DNA of 64,000 nucleotides from Narcine bancroftii (lineage: Eukaryota): assembly GCF_036971445.1 (NCBI RefSeq), contig NC_091476.1, forward strand, positions 72,850,001-72,914,000. Reading direction: 5' to 3'. The position numbers were made by a program, and so were the translations under genes. The notes under the pieces are model-generated. The model searched no databases. It had not been told where the DNA came from and saw only the letters and a program-made list of their open reading frames with translations. This document shows positions 27,481 through 36,585 of this stretch, in pieces (positions within the stretch are counted from its first letter, which is position 1; the number at the start of each line of letters is the position of its first letter).

Positions 27481-28005
27481 CTACACTCCGGCCGTGAGGG
27501 GAGGCGAGAAGAGGGACATCGGAGGCGGTGCACCCCGCTGAGTTCAGCGGCTCCTAGTCCCTTGCTCGTTGCTTCGGGCGGCTTGAGCGAGTGGTATCCG
27601 GACAGGGTGACACGACAAGACGGAGAGGAGAAGGGTGACGGTTCAATCCCCGGGAAGACACCGGTAAGTGACGACTTACGATTGTGGTGTGGGGATTGGG
27701 TAACAGGTGTAACGGGATACACCTGTTTGGATAAAAACCTAACGGAATAGATTAAGTATAGATCTTTTGTCGTTGTGTGAGGACCCTGTCGCGGGACTCT
27801 AGGATAGACCCCAGGGAAACCTCGGCGGTAACCGAAGGAGGGACAGCACCTCCGACGAAGTGCCGAGAAGAGAGGGGTCAACCCCAGGAAAACCTCAGCG
27901 GTAACCGAAGGAGGGACAGCACCTCCGACGAGGCGTCTGAGAGGAAGGGAGTAGGGTCCAGAACGAGAGGGTCCTCAGCAACGATAAACAGATCTAGGTG
28001 GGAAA

Positions 28006-29496
28006 ATGGGAGGATCAAAATCTAAGGGCTCGTCTGAAAATTCAGGACAATTCCTGGGAGTACCCCTTGACAGCCCTTTGGGGAGAATGTTTGAAAATTG
28101 GGATAGTAAAAGATATCGGGACAAAAACAAGAAAAAGATGGTCCAATATTGTCTCCTTTGGTCAAAACAACCTATTAAAGGTTCCTCGGTCTGGTGGCCG
28201 AAATTTGGATCTGATGAGGATTGGGTTAGACAAGCATTAAACATATATGTAAATTCGAGACCAAAGGTGAATCAAGAAGAGTCAGCATATGCATTTTGTT
28301 GGGTTCCCTGGCCAGGATCCTTAACAGAATGTTTTAAATTGAGAGTGGCAGGAGAAAAGAAATGGGAACCTCTGGACAACCTTCCCCCTCCTTATATTCC
28401 CCCGGTGCCTACTGCGCCCGAGGAAAGCTTATTACCGGAGGGGAAAGGTGATGAATCTGATTGCCCCGAAGGGGGCCGGGATAAAAAGGAGGAATTAAGG
28501 GAGTCGGACCCTAAACTTCCACCGGTAAACCGACCCTGGACAAGATCCCAGACTGGTCCAGGACCATCAAAGTTTTCAATAAACCTAAATCCCCTGAGAG
28601 AAGTTCCTATGGGAGGACCGGGAGGGGGAACGGGATATGTGAATGTTCCCCTAACTAGTACAGAGGTGCGGGGATTTAAGAAAGAAATGAAAAAGTTATT
28701 GGAAGATCCTATAGGACTGGCTGAACAGCTTGACCAATTCTTGGGACCAAACACATATACGTGGGAAGAGATGCAGGCAATAATGGGAACATTATTTTCA
28801 CCCCAGGAGAGGCAGATGATTCGACGGGCTGCCCTCCTCATGTGGGAATATGAACAACCTGGGGACCCTAGACCCCATGAACAAAAATATCCCTTAAATG
28901 AACCCAGGTGGGACAAACGAACACCCGAGGGATTGGCAAGTATGAGACAATATAGAGAGTGGACAATTAAAGGGATACGGGAGGCTGGGCCAAAGGGTCA
29001 CAATTTTACCAAGGCATTTGGGAACCACCAGGGGAAAGACGAGTCCCCTACTGATTTTTTGGAGAGGGTGAGAAAGAATGTCCAACAGTATGCTGGTGTG
29101 GACCCTAGTACACCAATGGGTGAACAGCTTATTCGAATTGAATTTGTTTCCAAATCATGGCAAGACATTAGAAATAAACTAGAAAAGGAGGAGGACTGGA
29201 GTGAAAAACCCCTAAGTGAACTGTTAAAAAAGGCACAAAAAGTATATGTGCAGAGAGAAGAAGAAGATCAAAAGAAGGCGACAAAGGTTATGGTACAGAC
29301 TATCCGACAGATGAATGCTGAATCCAGAGGGGAAAGAAAACAAAACCTTCCTCTAAACAATCCAAAATATCCAAGAGAGGGAAGACCCCGGAGGTTCGTT
29401 AAGTGCTATTACTGCAATGAGGAAGGACACTTTAAGAGGGAATGCCCCCGATACAAGAGGGAATTGCGTGCCCTCGAACTTATGGAAGAAGATTAG
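28006..29496 (+). CDS. gag: ERV Gag (MA-CA-NC), 496 aa, intact
   Basis: MGGSKSK myristoylation start, PPPY and PTAP late motifs, MHR-like QGKDESPTDFLERV, and one CCHC knuckle CYYCNEEGHFKREC. Ends in a TAG that is in frame with pol. Confidence 0.95.
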   Translation: MGGSKSKGSSENSGQFLGVPLDSPLGRMFENWDSKRYRDKNKKKMVQYCLLWSKQPIKGSSVWWPKFGSDEDWVRQALNIYVNSRPKVNQEESAYAFCWVPWPGSLTECFKLRVAGEKKWEPLDNLPPPYIPPVPTAPEESLLPEGKGDESDCPEGGRDKKEELRESDPKLPPVNRPWTRSQTGPGPSKFSINLNPLREVPMGGPGGGTGYVNVPLTSTEVRGFKKEMKKLLEDPIGLAEQLDQFLGPNTYTWEEMQAIMGTLFSPQERQMIRRAALLMWEYEQPGDPRPHEQKYPLNEPRWDKRTPEGLASMRQYREWTIKGIREAGPKGHNFTKAFGNHQGKDESPTDFLERVRKNVQQYAGVDPSTPMGEQLIRIEFVSKSWQDIRNKLEKEEDWSEKPLSELLKKAQKVYVQREEEDQKKATKVMVQTIRQMNAESRGERKQNLPLNNPKYPREGRPRRFVKCYYCNEEGHFKRECPRYKRELRALELMEED

Positions 29497-32400
29497 GGGT
29501 GTCAGGGGTTCCAAATGTTAGGGACCAAATATAAGAGGGAACCCCTGGTAAAACTAAAAATTGGTCCCAAGGGAGAAGAGGTGGTGTTTATGGTGGACAC
29601 AGGAGCGGAACGAAGTAGTGTAATAACTGTGCCAATCGGAACTGAGCCTATAAAAAGTAATTTGACAATTTCTGGGATAGAAGGGGCTCCCAGAATGGTA
29701 TCAATAATTCCCCAAGTAACAGTGAAACTGGAAGAAAGAGAAGGGGTACAAGACCTCTTGTTATTACCTTCGGCTGGATTTAACCTCCTAGGAAGGGACT
29801 TACAGGCTCTCCTAGGTTTGGGTGCTCTCCCTGTGGACGGAGAAGTGCGAGTCCACCTCTGCGCTTTAAAGGAAGAGGATGAACGGCAGATTGACGAGAG
29901 AGTCTGGTATAAGGAGGGAAATCGAGGAGGTCTGGACATCCCACCTTTACATGTCACATTAATACCAGGTCATCAGCCGGTAAGGAAACGTCAGTATCCT
30001 ATTTCTTTGGAAGGGAGAAAAGGGCTACAGCCGGTAATTGAGACTTTAATACGAGACGGACTATTAGAAGAATGCATGTCACCTTATAACACCCCTATAC
30101 TCCCAGTAAAAAAGTCAGATGGATCCTATCGCCTAGTTCAGGATCTAAGAAGTTTGAATGCTATTGTTCAGACCCGCCACCCAGTGGTGCCTAATCCCTA
30201 TACTATTATGAGTCGGATTCCCCCAGACCATGAGTGGTTTAGTGTTATCGACTTAAAGGATGCCTTCTGGACTTGTCCGTTAGAAGAGGAAAGTAGAGAT
30301 ATGTTTGCGTTTGAATGGGAAAATCCATGGACAGGTAGACGGAGACAGTTTCGGTGGACTGTATTGCCCCAAGGGTTCACTGAATCTCCAAACCTGTTTG
30401 GACAAATGCTAGAACAAATCCTGATGGACTATCCACAATCTGATGATTCCCAACTAATGCAGTATGTGGATGATTTACTATTATCAGGACCCAAGGAACA
30501 AGAAATGAGGAGAGAGACCATTAGACTCTTGAATTATCTGGGGAAAAAGGGTCTACGAGTGTCCAGAAACAAGTTACAGTTTGTTGAGAAAACTGTGATA
30601 TATCTGGGACACCAGATAAGTAAAGGACAGAAACGGATTACCCCTGAACGAATTGCGGGAATCACTAGAATGCCTTTACCCCGTAATAAGAAGGAAATAA
30701 GACAATTCCTGGGACTCTTAGGATACTCTAGGTTATGGATAGAGGACTACTCAGCTTTGGTGAAGTTTATGTATGATAAACTGACAAATGAAAATGACTA
30801 TCCATTGAAATGGACCCAGGAGGAGGAGGGATGGTTCGAGGACTTGAAACATTGCCTAACACGAGCCCCAGTGCTCACTCTGCCCTCTTTAAAACAGCCC
30901 TTCCAGCTATTTGTCACTCATAACCAAGGAACAGCTGTGGGAGTTTTAACACAGGAAAAAGGCGGTCAGCGACACCCAGTAGCTTTCCTTTCCAAAATGA
31001 TGGACCCAGTGTCTCGCGGATGGCCGACGTGTATCCAGGGAGTAGCGGCTGCTGCTCTGTTGGTAGAGGAAGCACGTAAACTTACTTTTGGAGGAAAGAT
31101 GACTGTGTACACCTCCCATTCTGTGAGTGTTTTATTAACACAAACTGCCCATCGATGGCTGACTGATTCTCGCATATTAAAGTATGAAACCATTTTAATG
31201 GTTGGAGAAGATTTACAGTTTGCAAAAATTAATAGCTGCAACCCAGCTCAATTTTTATACGGCAGTGAAACAGAGAAAGAGGTGGAGCATGACTGTGTCG
31301 AGTTGACAGATCTTCAGACCAAGACCCGAGAAGACCTTTGCGATACTCCGCTGGGAGAAGGATATGAATTCTACATTGATGGCTCCGCCAGATGTGTTGA
31401 CGGAATGAGAAGAAATGGGTATGCTATAATAGAAGGAAATACTTGGAAAGTAGTAGAATCCACGAGACTACCCGGAAGCTGGTCAGCACAATCCTGTGAA
31501 CTATATGCCTTGCAGAGAGCCCTCAGAATACTGGCAAAGAAAATTGGAACGATTTACACAGATTCCAAATACGCATACGGAGTAGTGCATACCTTTGGTA
31601 AGATCTGGAAGGAGCGTGGTCTAATTACATCAAGAGGAAAGGAATTGGCACACGAACAGATGATTACTCTGACTCTAGAAGCCTTAACATTACCCCAAGA
31701 AATAGCAGTGGTCTACATACCAAGCCATCAAAGGGGAGATAACCCGACAGCAATTGGAAACAGACTGGCTGATGAAGAAGCCAAAAGAGCAGCCATGCAA
31801 CAAGAAGTCCGTTTGCTGACTTTAATCCCAATAAGGCAAGGCATAAAGACAGCTCCCATTTTCACTGCTAAGGAAGAAAAGAACATGGATCAGCTGGGCG
31901 CAAGCCAGTTACCTGATGGAACATGGAAAACACCAGATGGAAGAATTGTTCTAAATAAAGAAATAACTCGCAATATTTTAAAACACCTGCATCAACAGAG
32001 CCACTGGGGCACCCAAGCCTTATGTGACACAGTGCTTCGAGAATATGTGTGTAAAGGAATCTACACCTTGGCCCAACAAGAGGTGCAAAATTGTTACCTA
32101 TGCACAAAAATTAATAAGAAGATAATGAGGACAGGGACCATGGGAGGTCAACCATTAGCCATACGCCCTTTTCAACGTATCCAGATCGACTTCACAGAGT
32201 TACCTCAAGTTCAAAGATGGAAATATCTGTTGGTGATAATAGATCACTTTACCCGATGGGTAGAAGCCTTCCCAACAATAAATACTACAGCCTCTACAGT
32301 AGCTCGCCTCCTCCTAGAGCAGATAATCCCCAGATATGGTATAATGGATTCTATAGACTCAGACAGGGGTCCACATTTTTCTTCAAAAATCCAGCAATTG

Positions 32401-34446
32401 ATTTGTGATGCATTACAGGTCTCTTGGAAATTACATACCCCTTGGCATCCACAAAGCTCAGGGAAGGTCGAACGTATGAATGGAACACTAAAAATCCAAT
32501 TGACAAAGTTAATGGTGGAAACTAAAATGCCTTGGATAAAGTGTCTGCCCCTAGCCTTATTGAGAATTCGTACTGCCCCACGAAAAGATGTAGGGCTGTC
32601 CCCTTATGAAATGATGTTTGGGCTTCCCTTCTGGAGTACAGTTGAGGGGTGTCCCACCTTGGGGGAAGGGGATATATTTGTTAGGAACTATTTACAGGCA
32701 CTGTCACGCTCTCTTACAGATTTACGAAAGAGAGGACTATTGGCACAAACACCGCCTCTAGACTTTTCTTTACACAAAGTGGAACCAGGAGACTGGATTC
32801 TTATCAAGACCTGGAAGACTGAAAAACTCCTGTTTCAGGACCACATTTGGGGAAGAAAGGAAGGTAATTTCATTTCCCATACCTCAGTTCCTGAGAAATG
32901 CTGGGCAGAAAATACCACCCAACATCCATATACCCCTTGTGTGGAAAAAGAAGGAAATAATATGGGCCATTATATACAGATTCCTAATACCACTCCTTTC
33001 CCTCTTAACGGTTGGAAAGGTGACTCAAGCCCACCATGCCCTGATGGACTCTGGTTTTGCATACACCAACGTACTGTTCCAATGAGAAGTTACACTCCAC
33101 ACTCGAGATTGCCTGTCCCTTTAAGACAGCCGGACTTAGTTCGAGTCCATCCAAATAACCATGTAAGTTTCGGTAATGCAATTGGGGGAGATAACCTTTT
33201 TGTAGATCTGGCAACTAAAATTGCAGGAACTTTTAATGTAACCAATTGTTGGGTCTGCGGGGGTCCACGGATGTCAGAACAATGGCCTTGGTGGGGAGAA
33301 CCTCTCAATTCATTGACCATGATTTCCCGCATTTGGACAACTAACCGAACGAGATCAAGAGAAACCTGGTCTCTCTCTAACGTCCCCTCTGGTTTTTATT
33401 GTCTCTCACGAGCCGGCAAATACCCAGTAGGAGAAAGTCCCTGCAAGGCTGTATGGATTCGCATTTCGCCTGGTGTTTTCACTTGGTTTCCTAAACCTCA
33501 GACTTGGTTCTTATCCACTGTTTTTAAAACTAATTGCCTACCCCTGTCTAATAGCAGTATTCAGTTTTGGAATTGTACCACTTCCACCATCACAGGACCA
33601 TACCAATCAAATCCTGTTCTTAAAAGAGTTTGGGAAAGGGGGTATGGAGTATCCCCAAATGGATTATTCTGGGTATGTGGTAATAAAGCTTATACTCGTC
33701 TTCCCTCACAGTGGAGTGGAACTTGTTTCCTAGGAATAATCCGCCCAGAATTTTTCCTTCTACCCCACGATCACGGTCATAAATTAGGCGTGAAGGTCTT
33801 TGATACATTACATCGTGAACCCCGCTCTACCACGGTACATTTGGGAGAATGGAGAGATGATTGGCCTCCAGAGCACATAATTCAATATTATGGTCCCGCT
33901 ACATGGGCTCAAGATGGATCTTGGGGTTATCGTACTCCTATATATATGTTAAATCGCATAATTCGCTTACAAGCAGTGCTTGAAATTGTTACAAATCAAA
34001 CAGCTATAGCCCTGCAATTACTTGCATCCCAGCAAGGTCAAATGCGCTCTGCTATATATCAGAACCGTCTAGCCCTAGACTATCTCCTAGCCACGGAAGG
34101 AGGTGTATGTGGCAAACTTAATTTGACTAACTGCTGCTTACAGATTGATGATAATGGAAAAGCCGTTCGTAAAATCGCTGATAATATTCGTACATTGTCC
34201 CATGTACCGGTTCAAACCTGGCATCCTTTCCCACAATTTAATTGGATGGACAAATGGTTTGGAGGAACCTGGTGGCGTACCTTCTTGTGGGTCATCGGAG
34301 GTATTTTATTCCTCCTACTTATTTTGCCCTGTATTATTCCCTGTCTACGCAGCCTGGTGATTTCCATGGTCGAACAAGCTATGCAACCAGGGGGGATGGG
34401 AGACCCTGTAAGACTTTTATTTCAGCGTGAGATTAATGTATCATAA
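29497..34446 (+). CDS. pol: ERV Pro-Pol fused in frame to Env (one ORF; junction ~32830)
   Basis: PR DTGA; RT LPQG and YVDD; RNase H IDGS and YTDS; IN HHCC, DFT, DSDRG and ERMNGTLK. Then, without a stop, env CWVC, REPR, WPPEHIIQYYGPATWAQDGSWGYRTPIYMLNRIIRLQAVLEI, QNRLALDYLL, CX7CC and a TM helix. Confidence 0.93.
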   Translation, partial: GCQGFQMLGTKYKREPLVKLKIGPKGEEVVFMVDTGAERSSVITVPIGTEPIKSNLTISGIEGAPRMVSIIPQVTVKLEEREGVQDLLLLPSAGFNLLGRDLQALLGLGALPVDGEVRVHLCALKEEDERQIDERVWYKEGNRGGLDIPPLHVTLIPGHQPVRKRQYPISLEGRKGLQPVIETLIRDGLLEECMSPYNTPILPVKKSDGSYRLVQDLRSLNAIVQTRHPVVPNPYTIMSRIPPDHEWFSVIDLKDAFWTCPLEEESRDMFAFEWENPWTGRRRQFRWTVLPQGFTESPNLFGQMLEQILMDYPQSDDSQLMQYVDDLLLSGPKEQEMRRETIRLLNYLGKKGLRVSRNKLQFVEKTVIYLGHQISKGQKRITPERIAGITRMPLPRNKKEIRQFLGLLGYSRLWIEDYSALVKFMYDKLTNENDYPLKWTQEEEGWFEDLKHCLTRAPVLTLPSLKQPFQLFVTHNQGTAVGVLTQEKGGQRHPVAFLSKMMDPVSRGWPTCIQGVAAAALLVEEARKLTFGGKMTVYTSHSVSVLLTQTAHRWLTDSRILKYETILMVGEDLQFAKINSCNPAQFLYGSETEKEVEHDCVELTDLQTKTREDLCDTPLGEGYEFYIDGSARCVDGMRRNGYAIIEGNTWKVVESTRLPGSWSAQSCELYALQRALRILAKKIGTIYTDSKYAYGVVHTFGKIWKERGLITSRGKELAHEQMITLTLEALTLPQEIAVVYIPSHQRGDNPTAIGNRLADEEAKRAAMQQEVRLLTLIPIRQGIKTAPIFTAKEEKNMDQLGASQLPDGTWKTPDGRIVLNKEITRNILKHLHQQSHWGTQALCDTVLREYVCKGIYTLAQQEVQNCYLCTKINKKIMRTGTMGGQPLAIRPFQRIQIDFTELPQVQRWKYLLVIIDHFTRWVEAFPTINTTASTVARLLLEQIIPRYGIMDSIDSDRGPHFSSKIQQLICDALQVSWKLHTPWHPQSSGKVERMNGTLKIQLTKLMVETKMPWIKCLPLALLRIRTAPRKDVGLSPYEMMFGLPFWSTVEGCPTLGEGDIFVRNYLQALSRSLTDLRKRGLLAQTPPLDFSLHKVEPGDWILIKTWKTEKLLFQDHIWGRKEGNFISHTSVPEKCWAENTTQHPYTPCVEKEGNNMGHYIQIPNTTPFPLNGWKGDSSPPCPDGLWFCIHQRTVPMRSYTPHSRLPVPLRQPDLVRVHPNNHVSFGNAIGGDNLFVDLATKIAGTFNVTNCWVCGGPRMSEQWPWWGEPLNSLTMISRIWTTNRTRSRETWSLSNVPSGFYCLSRAGKYPVGESPCKAVWIRISPGVFTWFPKPQTWFLSTVFKTNCLPLSNSSIQFWNCTTSTITGPYQSNPVLKRVWERGYGVSPNGLFWVCGNKAYTRLPSQWSGTCFLGIIRPEFFLLPHDHGHKLGVKVFDTLHREPRSTTVHLGEWRDDWPPEHIIQYYGPATWAQDGSWGYRTPIYMLNRIIRLQAVLEIVTNQTAIALQLLASQQGQMRSAIYQNRLALDYLLATEGGVCGKLNLTNCCLQIDDNGKAVRKIADNIRTLSHVPVQTWHPFPQFNWMDKWFGGTWWRTFLWVIGGILFLLLILPCIIPCLRSLVISMVEQAMQPGGMGDPVRLLFQREINVS

Positions 34447-34508
34447 AACATTTCTCTTCCCTAGCTTAGAATCCCCATTCATATCTATACATATATTGAA
34501 CACATTTT

Positions 34509-34527
34509 AAAGAGAGAAAGGGGTGGA
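34509..34527 (+). promoter_or_regulatory. Polypurine tract
   Basis: AAAGAGAGAAAGGGGTGGA immediately before the 3' LTR. Confidence 0.9.
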
Positions 34528-34528
34528 T

Positions 34529-35002
34529 TGTGATATAGAAAATTTAGGTTAAAAAGACTTAAGTTAAAATGTGATGATTAATCATAAACAGGGAAGCCAG
34601 AACGGACAGAGAGTTTACTAGCAGTCAAGGACAGAAGGAGCTGCTGAATATGTTTTTTTAAACCTATCTTTTCATGGTCATAGTGAGAGACATGCAGGAG
34701 ACAAAGGATTGATAAGAAGTGTGAGAAACAGAATTCAATGAATGTAGAGTTCACAGCGTACGTAACGAACGTGATAATTAATAATGCAGTTATACTTAGA
34801 ATGTTTTTGCAATACTAACCAATTAAAACAGTATTAATAAGAAGGGGAAGGGCAAATAATAAAGGTATAAAAATCAATGCACTGTATGTATCGGGGCTTA
34901 ACTGGTGAGAAACCAGTTGAGTCCAACTCTGCAGACTTGTAAATAAAGCTTGTCGTGTCATCAGTTTTAAAGAGACTCGTGTGAGAAGTTTTATTTCTGA
35001 CA
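34529..35002 (+). repeat. ERV 3' LTR (474 bp)
   Basis: Identical to the 5' LTR by eye except for T/C at 27266/34810 and a 2-bp indel in U5 (actcATgtgtgag vs actcgtgtgag). Confidence 0.96.
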
Positions 35003-35163
35003 GGGGGGAATCAGTGGGAACATCACCAGGTTGAGGAACGGGGGCAGTGAGAAGCTGAACGACCAAAGCACTATTTGTACGGATGAATGCATTTGTGTGC
35101 GTGTTCTGTCTGGGTGTCCTGCCCCGGGGGTTGGTCTTGCACAAATGGGAATAAACGTCTTAC

Positions 35164-35611
35164 CTTTGCCCTCCTGCTCGCAGTCCAGGGCAGCAGGACA
35201 CCCCCACTGTTGGGCGCCCTTGAAGAGGTAGAAGGTGCCCAGGTCGACCAGGAGGCTGGCGAAGGTGACTCCCAGCAGGACCCCCGGGCGCCGGACGGGG
35301 CGAGGCTGCAACACGCCCTCCGCCGCCTTGGCCAGGACGCTGACGCCCAGGCCAGAGAGGAGCACCCCTTGCACCAGGGCGCCCAGCGGCCGGACCCTCC
35401 GCCAGCCGTAGGTATTGCGGCGCGCCGGCGCCTCGCCCAGCTTCATGGTCGCCTGCAGCGTGCCCAGCCCCAGCAGGGTGACGAACGTGTGGAGGGAATG
35501 AGAGAGCAGGGTGAGGGAGCTGCAGGCTTGACTGGCGCCCAGCTGCACAAGCCACTCGGCCAGGGTGAGGGCGAGCATCAGGTGCAAAGCCCAGGCGCCT
35601 CTCCTGCCCAT
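35164..35611 (-). CDS. SLC30A1/ZnT1-like cation diffusion facilitator, coding exon 1 (TM1-TM4)
   Basis: MGRRGAWALHLMLALTL...SSLTLLSHSLH...RNTYGWRRVRPLGALVQGVLLSGL aligns with ZnT1 MLALTF...SSLAMLSDSFH...KNTFGWIRAEVMGALVNAIFLTGL. Donor AAAG|GTAAGA at 35164/35163. Spliced product ~386 aa. Confidence 0.82.
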
Positions 35612-36324
35612 GGACAAAAGTTTCTCCGAAGCTCTGCAAAGCGGTGCCCAAGCAAGCCCTCTCCCTCTCTCTGCCAGAACCAGCACTTGTAAAACAAATC
35701 ACGGAGCTCCCCCCACCACCCGCCCCGGTGGATGCGATCTCCATCATTTGCCTGCAGCTCACGCTCTCCCAGGGCAACTTTCCTTGGCTTTAGTCCTGCC
35801 CACCCCCTTCTGCTTTCTCACTGGACCTCTCTGGCGGGACTGAAGCCCAAGGTTGCAAACCAAAGGAACTGCCCACACTAACCACCCGGAGCTCTCATTT
35901 GTACACAGCTTTTTTATATATAGATTTCAGGATTTATTGTCACGAGATTCGCTGTTTTGGGGCAGCATCATATTTCAAACATTCACGTTATAACCATTTT
36001 GCAACATTACTACAAAAAAATATAGTGCACGAAAAGTCGGGCCGTGCCTGTGGTTCATTGATCTGATGCCTGAGGGGAAGAAGCTGTCCTTGTTCCGCTG
36101 AGTGCTCATCTTCAGGTTCCCGATGGTAGCAGAGTGAAGAGGGCACGGCCTGCGTGGTTTTTGAGGAATCGGACTGCTTTATTAAGACACCGCCTCACGT
36201 TGATGTCCTGAAGTCTGGTGCCCGTGATGTCACAGGCCGAGTTAACAACCCTCTGGAGTTTATTCTTGTCCAGAGAGTTGGCACCTCCATACCAGGCAGT
36301 GATGGAACCACGGCAGGGGCTGGG

Positions 36325-36585
36325 GGTAACCCTTGCCCTGGGAGTGTGTGATGGGAGGTGTCTGGGGAGGATATCCTTGCCCTTGGAGTGTGTGATGGGA
36401 GAGTGTAGGGGGGATACCCTTGCCCTTGGAGTGTGTGATAGGACTATGTAGGGGGAATAACCATTGCCCTGGAATGTGTGATGGGAAGGTGTGGGGGGGG
36501 GGGGGGAACCCTTGCCCTGGGAGCCTGTGATAGGACAGTGTGGGGAGGGAACCCTTGCCCTGGAATGTGTGATGGGACAGTATAC
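36325..36585. repeat. ~45-bp minisatellite
   Basis: About six units of acccttgccctggagtgtgtgatgggag...gggg. Confidence 0.85.

Larger units (their letters stand above)
26985..35002 (+). mobile_element. Endogenous retrovirus, class I (gamma-like; HERV-I/IP-like gag-pol, ERV3-type env), 8018 bp, antisense in the ZnT1-like intron
   Basis: Paired TG...CA LTRs, GGGG flanks (4- or 5-bp TSD, ambiguous within G runs), PBS, PPT, gag, pro-pol and env motifs. Confidence 0.97.

Noticed and set aside
27439-27750. 103-aa ORF in the ERV leader as an accessory gene
   Set aside because: Non-ATG start inside U5, crosses the PBS and has no recognisable motif; expected by chance in a GC-rich leader.
27900-28005. 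Glyco-Gag-like upstream extension of gag
   Set aside because: An in-frame TAA at 27985-27987 lies just upstream of the gag ATG.
36325-36585. CRISPR-like array (also 21340-21645 and 63820-64000)
   Set aside because: Eukaryotic context, degenerate head-to-tail units without unique spacers, and no cas genes.
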